Source: Ptychomitrium polyphyllum (lineage: Eukaryota). Taken from it: 64,000 bases of DNA. Within the stretch, counting starts at the first letter, position 1. The number at the start of each line of letters is the position of its first letter. The translations under genes were made by a program, and so were the position numbers. Under the pieces are notes generated by a model. It was not told the DNA's origin, made no database searches, and saw nothing but the letters and a program-made list of their open reading frames with translations. The DNA is taken from positions 10,974,001 to 11,038,000 of the forward strand of contig OZ316775.1 in NCBI GenBank assembly GCA_973851085.1. Reading direction: 5' to 3'. Shown here one piece after another: positions 43,101 through 52,860 of the stretch.

Positions 43101-46100
43101 TCGTCTTTCCAGGTGGATTGCAAGGTGTGAAGCCAGCACTTTCAGCTTTCGATGAATCAAAGAGGCTGAAAAAAGTAAATATTATTTTCAGAAAGATTTT
43201 CTTCCAAAAATGTATAATTTAGATTAGTTGTGATTGTGTCATTTGTCGAGGGTATCTCCAAATGCAAGGAGAGAATCGAAAGTCATGGGTAATCTCTACA
43301 ACAATGACGGTTGGAAGTGGATGAACGATGATGAAACTCAGTCAACCTTGGTAGACAAAGTTGGTGAAACCAGATGTAATCATCTTGAACCAATTAGAGA
43401 CAACCAACACCCATGGTGCTCACTTACAAGACTGTATTTATATATTGTACTACTATATCATATCTGTTAATACATCTCTTACATAGTAATGAGGTTTATC
43501 AAGTAACATCCTTTTGAAGATCATCTAATGAATGACCTATTCTCAAAGACATAGTTGAACTTTCTTATCCTGCAGCACAAGTGAGTGGACATCTAATTGA
43601 TGGTCTTGTAATTGACCCACATCTCGTTGTTGTGAAGACTCCAAAGCCATCACACAACTTTGAAAGAATTCTTGCAAAGTTGAAGTTGTTCATGCACAAC
43701 GTCAAGCTAGAGGTAATAACTCTCCCCAGCTATTAAGTCTGGTCCAGCTTTTGCACAGACTTGCTCCAGACCTCAGAGCTTCTCATATTACATAATTTCG
43801 GCTAATGGTGCTGCAGTGGCTTCAGGTCAATATATATGCTATCGAGTGTTCGACTACCAGAATCTGGTATTAGTCTACAAGTGGAAGGAAATCAATACTG
43901 CCAATGGATATGATGACATTCTTAAGTAAATGAATTTCTGAACATCCTTCAAAGGTATCAAATTTCTGGAATCATACTGTTTCAACAAATTGAGTTTAAA
44001 TATGGATGGATATGAAGAATCAAACGGCTGAAATCTCAACATAGTCAGAGCCAAGCAGCCAAAGCGAGGTCTCCAGACAGCCGATGAATGTTACGGAACC
44101 ATGAAACATTGCAGCCTGAGTGATTTGTTACGTGAAGAGATGAATCAAATGCAATGTGCAACTATGTATGATTCAACACTCTTGACATCAAAAGGATACC
44201 TTCAATTGCCAAATCCCCACTTATTGCTGGAATCATGGGGTGCAGCGAACAGCAGCCAGGTTAATGACAAATGATATTTCACTGAAGCTAGAGTGGCAAC
44301 ATAAAAATCAAGTTTGATATTGCAATAAATGCTCTTGTGCTTCCAATGCTTCAAAACTGATGATCTCAATTGAATCCATTTCAGATCTCTTCCAAAATTC
44401 TTACCTCATCAAATGCCACACTAAATCATAATGAAGTATATATGTTTTTCATATCAAAATGTGAGTTTTCCATAGTTATCAAGTCTTGCTCCATATACTT
44501 GTATATAAGATACATTAATTTATTAACAAAAATACATGTTTTTTGCAAATCACGTATTTGCATTTGTTTGTAAAGATGAATAACATATTATTCATTCCTT
44601 TTTGTATAATTTATGTATATTTATCCATAGAAATATTAAATTTATCCTATTTTTTAATTAATAATCATAATTAGGCACTAAAAGATACATTCACACATAT
44701 TTAATTTGAATTCCATCATAATGAATGTTTATAATTTATTTAAAAGCATCCCTTAATTGGATAATGAAGAAAAAATTATTCTTTAAATACACAACAATTC
44801 ATTATATCAATCATTCTATCTATGTACCATAAATGGTAAAAATTCAATACTTTCTAATATTGGATGGAAATCTTATAGTAAGTACTATTGTATAAATTTT
44901 TTAGAAAATTAAAATATCTTTGTGATTTAAATAATGTATGAATAGAAAAGATATGTAATATATGTTTTTTAGAACTTTGAGAAGGCACCAAAAATTTGAA
45001 AGGCTTTTATGTAGAACCATCATTTGCATATTAAATACTAATATTAATAGCAATTCCTTTAATTCATTGAAGATCTTAAAATGAGTAATTCAAATACTAT
45101 GCATTTAGAAAAAATGAGAGCAAATTTTACCATGTACCCAAAAGTCATATGAGAAAATGAATTCAACATCAAATTATGGGAGGATTGAATTATTCAATGA
45201 AAAACATACTATATGTTATTGTTGTATTAAAATGTTTTATTCAAGGTGGTCTTTAAAAAAACTTTTACAGATGTACATTAAACGTCATTGCAAACTTTAT
45301 ATTGTATTTGATTCAAAGAAGATGGAAATACATTACAAGAATTTAAGCACATTTTAATTAATCAATCCATGATGTTTGTACAAAATACTATAATGCATTA
45401 TTATTATTTTATTTTATTTTAAAACATTTTATTGATATAATAAATAAAATATATATATGTATATATATGACAATAATAACTTCAAAAACTTCAATTTTAT
45501 TGTATAAAGGAACAAACTAACCTATTTCTATATAATAATCGTACATTAAATTAAAATATATTAATCAATGTTTTTGAATGTTGTTTGAGCATATCATTGA
45601 AACAATTTGTAGTATTATCACAAAAAACTTATTTTTTATTTTCTAAAACTAATGCAATTTATTTTTTTAAATTCATAGGTCTATAAATGAATAAACAAAA
45701 TTATTATGTCACATATAAATTACTCTTTAGCTAGAATATGAACTTTTCATTAATAATATTAAAATCTTCATGATTTTGTGATTTTATTTAGGTCTTGGAT
45801 TTTGAATTTTATAACATTATTTGAATTTAATATTTATTGCAGATAAAATATAAGATTTTCAATAACCGAAAATAAATGGCAAAACAAAAATTAAAGCACA
45901 AATCTCCAAAACCAATAGATACAGATGGAGAATTCAATCCATCCCTTGTTCTTCTACTGTTTCTTATAACATTTTTGTTCATTACTGATAATAAAAGTAC
46001 AAAAACTTAAATAGTGGTGTTGTACTTGAAAAATAATTATGTATATTATATGTACATGATTTAATGGAATTTATAACTTAAATTTTATTAACTAGCACTT

Positions 46101-48730
46101 TGCTAATGACAAGAGCAAAAACAGAATTAGAGAAGATTGAAGAGCAACTTGACATTCAACGAACATATTTCTTTTTATTTGCAATGTTTTGTGTTTTTTT
46201 TCAAAGAAGGCAATCACAAAATAATGATTGAAGAAAAATATTTTATTGCAATTTTATAACTTTATCCAAAATATTTTTAACTTTTGAAATTATTGTAGTT
46301 TTACAATAATTTTGAATGATTTTATAATTATATGTTGTATAGCAGGAATAAATATACTATTAACTAAATTAACACAAATTGAATTTATACATTTATAATC
46401 ATTTGTAATAGAAACAGATAAGATCACAACATACTATAACAATCAAAATTAATTTTCAAAAAATAAAAGTAACAATCAAAACTAATCTATGAGAAAAAAA
46501 AATTTTAAGATTTATAAACAAGCTTGATAATTAAGCCATGAACAAATATCACATCTATTACATGAACTTTTATAATTCTATGACATTATTAATTATGTTT
46601 AGATATAACTTCCACTTATTAACCAATTTTTATCAATTATATTAAAACACACTCATTGTCATATTACATTTTTGAGTATTTTTATAAAACATTATTAATG
46701 GTATTTTATACAAAAAAAACATCATATAAGTATTATATTATGGTATTATATTAAATGATCACCTAAATTAATATACATACAAAATTAATTTCTTTAAATG
46801 AAAAAGAATGCAACAATGTTTATTTTCATAGTAAATACAATTTATTATGAAAAATTAAAACTCACATGTCTAAATAAATGCTAAAGTTGAACTTTTATTA
46901 ATTAATAAATAAAAATAAAGTTGCATAAAAAGAATTGCATTTGCATGCAAGTGGAAGTAGCAAGTTTTTATAATAAAGAGTACACAATTGATTAAGAAAT
47001 ACAACAAGAACTCTTTTAAATTATGATATGATGATTACTTAATTAAAAATATTATATACCAACAAAAAATAAAGATCACAATCTTTAAAGCAGTAGACTC
47101 AACATATCATTTAATGAACGTGTAAATGATAGCAAGTTATTGTGATTTTTTATTCGTTGGCCAAAATCTCTATTCAATTAATGTATTTTTACCATGTCAA
47201 AATTCAAGTGGAAAAAGGATATTGTATTATTTTCATGAGATGATACAAATAAAAGAGAAAATAGTAGTTTATCATTAAAATTGAAGCAAAATTTTGGTTT
47301 AGGTAGTGACTTACTAATAATAGAACAAAATAGTACATATTTAATACAGGTTTCTGTACAATTATCATTAAGCTGAAACCGGAGAGTCATCCATAGCGTT
47401 CATCCGTTCATTAGGATTCGGCACTCGCACAGTGATTGTGTCTCGCAATTCCATTCCTGTCGCTCAGGTCGCTCAGATCGTTACACCTGAGCAATCATCT
47501 CCAGCGCAACCTCACCAGGGTGCTCACCGCGCACTCTACTGCTCTCACGACAATTCGCTTTCCACGATCCTCGCCCCGCTGCTCATCCCAGCTTTTAAAT
47601 TGGTGTTCTGTGGAGGATTCACGGGCAATCCGGAGGGTTCTACACAAGCTGCATCGCTTGGGACGGGTCGCAGTCGAGTACTTCTTACAGCCTTTCAGCG
47701 CCTCGGGATGCATTCTCACCGTTGACGTATTATACCCTACTTCGACACCTTCTCGTCCAACTTCCCGATCTATTGTTTGGTGGCAAAGTGAGTTGTGGTC
47801 AATTGAGCCGGGGTTAGGGTTTTGGTCTGAAGTTGCGGGTGGAAGGGTGCCGGGTGGATCGATCGGAGGATCTCACCTCTGGGTGTATCGAGAAGAGAAC
47901 GCGCAATCAACAGAAGTAAAAGTCGGGATTATAAAGACAGAAACCTGAAAGATACCATTGCTTTGGCAAGTGACATGCATACAAAACAACATCTTTTCCT
48001 CTGAAAATAAACGTAGAACTTAGTAACAACTTGGTATGCTTCTGATTGTTAGTTACTCTCACTACATCTCTGCGTTAAAATTTCAACCTATATACCAAAA
48101 GTAGGTTACATCAGCAAGTTCAAAAATATTCAAATGTTTACTTTTTTTTGTTTATCATTTCGAACGATATTTTCATTTTATTCAAATAGTAGAGATCTGT
48201 GAGTTACTTTATTCAAATTAAAGATATTTATTAGCGTTTATCCACATTGCGATTATATCAAATTCTTTTGCCACCTCTTCTAAATGAAGATGTATTTGTT
48301 ATGGAGTAATACACAAGCAGCTACAAAGATGTTAAACCATTCATGGTAAAGAACCAAATTCCAGTTCATTCAAGACAAAGTTTTTCCTCACGTTCGTAAA
48401 CAAGGCAAGCTCGTCCACATAGGCTGACCAACAACGCAAGTTCCGCGATACATGTTCATAAAATTCATCAAACAACTTCAAATAAAAGAACTCACCACCA
48501 AATATCCTCTACACTATTATCAAATGTAACAGTAATTCTACAAGTATCGACAACACAGAAATTGACAAACAGCTTTGCAAATTGATATACCTCTTGATTC
48601 AATTGATTACACGGTAATCCCACATTGGTAAACAAGAAATATTTCAACAAGCATCAAACCTTGCATCACAATACAAGGTACACAGCTACATTTAGAGTGA
48701 TGCTACAGGTAAGAATCAACCAACCTCAAA

Positions 48731-48741
48731 GCGCGCGCGCG

Positions 48742-48773
<32 letters not shown>

Positions 48774-48785
48774 AACACACACACA
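48731..48785. repeat. (GC)6 followed by imperfect (AC)n microsatellite
   Basis: gcgcgcgcgcgcacacacacacacacaaacacacac..., read directly. Confidence 0.9.
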
Positions 48786-49397
48786 AAAAGTGAAACTGAC
48801 CCAAACATAACGAAACATAATATCAAGATTGAATTTCAATACAGAATCTAATATATTACACCATAACGGGAACCATTTCAAAAACCTAGTGCTTCCAAGC
48901 AACATAATCATGCATCTTGAAGTCAAACATACCAAATAATACTAACCACCATTTGCAAAACAACCATTACCTAATATTACTAATAAAAATATATCGCTGC
49001 ATTCCTTGTTCACGCCATGTCAGACATAACCTCGAAACTTCTTTAATCCTGTTAAGTATAGTAACAAGATATTTCATAACTGTAAACATCCACCTTTCTA
49101 AATAGTAATGGAGAACCATTGTTGCTAACAGAACAGACGGATGTGTACAGTTACGGAATAACTTGTTACCGATCATAAGGTTCTCCATTGAAAATATCTC
49201 TGAAATACCATCCAGTCCTAAATATGCACAAGGATATTAAATGTTGAAATCATCAAACATACAGTAACACCAGAAGCAAACGTCCTTATCATATCCTTCC
49301 AGACACAAAAGATCTTTCAAGAGACTGGATGGGTCATACTTCAGAAAAAAAAAGTTCACTCCTGTTCAACAGCGCACAACACATACCATACTAGCAC

Positions 49398-49476
49398 CTG
49401 AGACCTCAGTGTGTGTAACAGTCGAATGATCACAGGCTCGAAAGCTTCACTCCGCTTCTGTCATCATCGGCTCAGG
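49398..49476 (-). ncRNA. C/D box snoRNA, probable 25S Um guide (tentatively snoR22-like)
   Basis: C box ATGATGA (49467-49461), D box CTGA (49409-49406), terminal stem CCTGAGCC/GGTCTCAGG. The D-proximal guide TGTTACACAC is complementary to conserved 25S GTGTGTAACA. Segments AGCGGA and TTCGACT match the adjacent 25S AGTCGAAATCCGCT. Confidence 0.75.
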
Positions 49477-49503
49477 GGGTTCAATGCACATTACTGACGA
49501 TTG

Positions 49504-49605
49504 ACGTGTACAGCTCATCTGAAGAAATTCAACCATTTTAACCTGTTTGCTTCACTGGGTCTCCCCTCAGAAGCGCGGGTATGTTCTAATCATCGCCATA
49601 CACGT
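49504..49605 (-). ncRNA. U36a: C/D box snoRNA U36a-like (double guide for 25S rRNA; snR47-type Am site)
   Basis: C box GCGATGA (49596-49590). Guide TACCCGCGCTT precedes D' CTGA (49570-49567). Guide GGTTGAATTTCTTCA precedes D-variant ATGA (49518-49515). Both pair with the contiguous 25S sequence GTGAAGAAATTCAACCAAGCGCGGGTA, and the +5 rule gives an A and a G. 11-bp terminal stem ACGTGTATGGC/GCTGTACACGT. Confidence 0.88.
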
Positions 49606-49634
49606 CCTCGACGCCACGTCGACCAAAGGTGCCA

Positions 49635-49758
49635 GAGTCTCAGATATCCAAGGAAGGTTTGGAAGCTGCATTAGCTCTCAAGCCCGGCAGGGCGAAAGCT
49701 TCAGGCGGCCACTGCGAATGTTTGAGAAACAAGCCTAGAGTTCTATCATCACCAACTC
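49635..49758 (-). ncRNA. U14: U14 snoRNA, intact copy
   Basis: C box GTGATGA (49752-49746). Domain A CATTCGCAGT is antisense to 18S ACTGCGAATG. Plant-type internal GGCCGCCTGAAGCTTTCGCC. Domain B CCTTCCTTGGAT is antisense to 18S ATCCAAGGAAGG (yeast Cm414 site). D box CTGA (49643-49640). Flanking stem GGTGCGAGAGT/ACTCTGGCACC. Confidence 0.95.
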
Positions 49759-49863
49759 TCGCACCATTTTCACTCTGGACTACAGAAAAGAGTAACACGT
49801 AAATGGAGCATCCTGAACAGGGATAAAATTTCTGGCTTCGCTCTTTCTAGCACGAACGCATGT

Positions 49864-49940
49864 GGAATCAGAACCGGTCGTTCGGGAAAGTACCACAAGT
49901 GCCTACCTTTAGAACTATGACTTGATTGCACATCACAGAG
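49864..49940 (-). ncRNA. C/D box snoRNA, U40/U46 (snR63)-like candidate
   Basis: C-like GTGATGT (49936-49930). Guide AGTCATAGTT precedes D'-like CTAA and pairs with 25S AACTATGACT, with +5 falling on the A of the snR63/U46 site. D box CTGA (49871-49868) is preceded by ACGACCGG, a possible second guide. Confidence 0.65.
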
Positions 49941-49954
49941 TGTGTCACGGAGAA

Positions 49955-50013
49955 TGCTCAGAGTCGGCCATGGTATTACGATTCGATTCATGACAAGCAG
50001 TATCATCACTGAT
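49955..50013 (-). ncRNA. Short C/D box snoRNA candidate, target unclear (orphan or degenerate)
   Basis: Perfect C box GTGATGA (50009-50003), internal ATGA and D box CTGA (49961-49958), spanning only ~52 nt. Lies inside the cluster. Confidence 0.5.
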
Positions 50014-50088
50014 GTCCAGTAGAGGGAGCTATGAATCCTCATAGCAACCTATCCTACGCGGAGAAAAACAAAAAACACATGTTCGGAA

Positions 50089-50166
50089 GACATCAGAGGG
50101 CAGAATAGAGTCACTGGCTTTCGCATCAGAGGGAATCCGACTAAGAATCTGCAGCTCATCCTTTGT
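50089..50166 (-). ncRNA. C/D box snoRNA guiding a 25S Am (tentatively snoR12-like)
   Basis: C box AGGATGA (50162-50156). The 12-nt guide AGTCGGATTCCC is antisense to 25S GGGAATCCGACT and precedes D' CTGA (50129-50126). D box CTGA (50096-50093) is preceded by TATTCTGCCCT. Confidence 0.78.
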
Positions 50167-50231
50167 AACAGATTCGACCGACTCAGTAGAAGAAATTAAG
50201 TGAGTTAAAGGGGGGAAAAAACTGCACTCAT

Positions 50232-50303
50232 TTGCTCACTCTTTGACCAGATTTACCCATCATAGATTTCAGAAGCAGAACTGGCGTTATACTCGTCCCA
50301 ACT
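50232..50303 (-). ncRNA. U38: C/D box snoRNA U38 (snR61)-like
   Basis: The 14-nt guide CGCCAGTTCTGCTT is antisense to 25S AAGCAGAACTGGCG and lies directly before CTGA (50272-50269); +5 falls on the yeast Am1133/U38 site. C'-like ATGATGG follows. The C box (GGGACGA) and D box (GTGA) are degenerate, so the ends are uncertain. Confidence 0.72.
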
Positions 50304-50413
50304 CAATACAGAAAAGGATAGACTTTCAATTGCAGAGCACAACGTGACAGCACTGTACACATAGGATTGCAGTAACACTAAACCTTGGAAAGCCAAGACT
50401 CCAGACGAAGACG

Positions 50414-50486
50414 AAGGATCAGTGTTTCTGGCTTGGCTCCTTCGAGCTAATTAGCACGGATGAAATCAGCGTCGATCATCCGGAAA
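50414..50486 (-). ncRNA. C/D box snoRNA candidate with antisense elements to 25S domain V (snR190/SNORD12 region)
   Basis: C-like CGGATGA (50482-50476), D box CTGA (50422-50419), flanking GAGGAT/ATCCTT pairing. Internal CGCTGATT and GCCAAGCC are antisense to the contiguous 25S sequence GGCTTGGCAGAATCAGCG. Confidence 0.55.
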
Positions 50487-50539
50487 AAGTATCCTCATCT
50501 CAAACCATGTCGTACTCGCCAAAACACACAAAGCTCTGC

Positions 50540-50662
50540 AAGTTGCAGATATCCAAGGAAGGTTTGGAAGCTGCATTAGCTCTCAAGCCCGGGAGGGCGA
50601 AAGCTTTAGGCGGCCACTGCGAATATTTAAGAAACAAGCCTAAGAATTTGTCATCATCAACT
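50540..50662 (-). ncRNA. U14: U14 snoRNA, second copy with defective D box (CTGC)
   Basis: Near-identical to 49635-49758 over ~100 nt. C box ATGATGA (50657-50651) and domains A and B are present, but the 3' end reads GGATATCTGCAACT with no CTGA. Confidence 0.88.
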
Positions 50663-50715
50663 CCAACAGAAGCTCCAAGCAACAAACTCACATAGTACGG
50701 AACACAAACCCCGCC

Positions 50716-50925
50716 AAACCCTAAGTTCAGAACCCTAACCAATAAGACACTGACGACATGGAAACTAATGTACAATCAAGACTATAAAAGCTTAACTCTC
50801 GTGAACAAAAACATTGCTCGAGAAGTTGGAAGCGCACTAAGTCAGTGAAAACGCTGCCACAAACGAGGCTGTGAGGCGCCAAGAAGCAGATGGCGTGAGT
50901 GAGGAGAGACGGGCTGTTTTATGCT
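50716..50925 (-). promoter_or_regulatory. Putative promoter/leader of the snoRNA polycistron with telo-box
   Basis: Telo-box AAACCCTAA at 50716-50724 plus a variant near 50732. A pyrimidine-rich initiator-like stretch and a TATA-like CATAAAA (~50923-50917) lie on the minus strand. Telo-boxes are established elements of plant snoRNA and ribosomal protein genes. Confidence 0.5.
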
Positions 50926-52730
50926 GTGAGAGCGACGCAGCCTTCGTTTTCGACGAAGGCTCTCGAAACCTGAGGACTGCATTTCCAAAATCGTTGCTCT
51001 GCTAAAAGCCGACTTTATCTACGGCTCCCATACATGTCAAAAGCTAGACGCTAAACTTCCCGTAGATGATGCCGATTTCCGACGCAAAAACAAACCTTGA
51101 CAGTGCACAGATTCGACATTTCTATCCGTTTTGGCGACTCGAAACAGGAGGTTGAAGGCTGGCCGTAGATAAGTCGCTTTTAAGAGCAGTGACGGGTTTG
51201 GGTATGTCACCTTTAGCCTACGATGGCACTATAATGAGCCCTTTGAACACCCTATTTCATCATTGGAAAGTACAATTTAACCCCGTCTTTTGAAATTTAA
51301 CATTCTGGAAATATTTTTTATAAAACTCAATTTTAAAACCTATTTTGGAATTCATGTTAAGATTAGTTTTGTAAATTAAAGTTTCTAAATTATATCTTTC
51401 TAATTGGATTTATTTTAATTACCTATATTTTAAATTAGTTCTTGAAACTTATACTTCAAGAAAAATTTTAAGTTCATTGTTTTTAAAATAATAAAAGTTT
51501 TAGACATTATATTCTTTCAATAGGCTTCAAATAAGAAAACTTTTCAGATTTTGAACATCCAAAATTGAGGATTATAATTTCAAAGAAACTAAGATGAATT
51601 TAAAAAGTCAAAAAAATTGGTGAATTTATTTCTAATTTATTGCTTACAAGATATTATTACAAAGTTGCTCTTAAAATTTGCATTGGTTAAGATTTTATTA
51701 AATATTCCATGAATCAAGAAAAAAATGCAATGGATGAAAATAATAAATGATTTTGAAGAAATTGGCCCTTGTGCAATAAAATATTGCTGTATGATATTGG
51801 TTGCAACTACCACTTTTGAAGGTTAAGATAAAATAAAACATATCAATAGAACTAGTTTTAAGTGAAATCTTTTAATGTTTGATAACAAAAACCTCTATAA
51901 ACCTTATTACACAATATTATATTAGATATTTGGTACTTTTACTGCTTCTATTTGCAACTATGTCATAGATAGAAAATCTTAAGCCTCTCGTCAGTTTACA
52001 GTGCATGCATTATAACTAAATAAGTAATTTGCCATGTGAACAAACTTCAAGTTCAATACAAACAAAAATGATCATGTTTCAAGTAGGTCACAAAGCATGG
52101 ATATGTACTTACAAGCACAAACTTACAACTTGGAAGACTATTATTTAGATGTGCAAAACTTAGTGAAAGTTATGGAACATTCAAAAACATTGAAGCACCT
52201 ACTCATAATAGTATCATTACATATTTAGTCATATTAATTAGTTTTGAAAAACACCTCCAATTTTTGGCTCAACTTTTGTTCTTTCAATGCTTGCAATATC
52301 TCACGTGCCTTTTAAAAAACAAAAACCCCCCATTTCCACTACTCCAATTGAGCACTTGTAACTGACTTCAAAACAAAACTGCTGTGCAAAAACCACTTTC
52401 GTATTCCTTGATCTTGCACTTTTCTTGATTTCATTTTGTTCTCAATTGGGTTGCAAATGCAAAGATCATAATATACCTTTTGCAGCGGAAACACAAACTC
52501 GCCCTCTTTCAACAATGTCCCACCATATACTGTACAATTTGAACCTTGGGAAAATCTTAGGTGAACAATACACAATATTGCTTTGCCTTGTCTCCGTGTT
52601 CCCGACAGGGCTCCCAATCAGTGCAGACAAGTATTTCGTATCATTTGTTCCGATCATTCCCTTTGACGATTCTGACAAATCCATTTCCTTCAACTACCAG
52701 ATGCATGCACTTAAGTCTTCTGGAGCTGTT

Positions 52731-52860
52731 CAAAGCTGTCGAGCTGGAATTCTCAAAGCTGTCGAGCTGGAATTCTCAAAGCTGTCGAGCTGGAATTCTC
52801 AAAGCTGTCGAGCTGGAATTCTCAAAGCTGTCGAGCTGGAATTCTCAAAGCTGTCGAGCT
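52731..52860. repeat. Perfect 23-bp tandem repeat (CAAAGCTGTCGAGCTGGAATTCT), 5 full units plus a 15-nt partial
   Basis: Units start at 52731, 52754, 52777, 52800, 52823 and 52846, with no spacers. Confidence 0.95.

Noticed and set aside
49443..49463. miR156-like sequence TGACAGAAGCGGAGTGAAGC on the minus strand
   Set aside because: Only the first 9 nt match miR156, it overlaps the C box of a snoRNA, and there is no miRNA* arm.
50500..50775. ORFs over the U14 copies (e.g. 50507-50695, 50500-50775, 49547-49738)
   Set aside because: Their shared peptide similarity is explained by the duplicated U14 RNA, not by protein conservation.
52731..52860. CRISPR-like array
   Set aside because: The 23-bp repeats are directly abutting with no unique spacers, there are no cas genes, and the context is eukaryotic.
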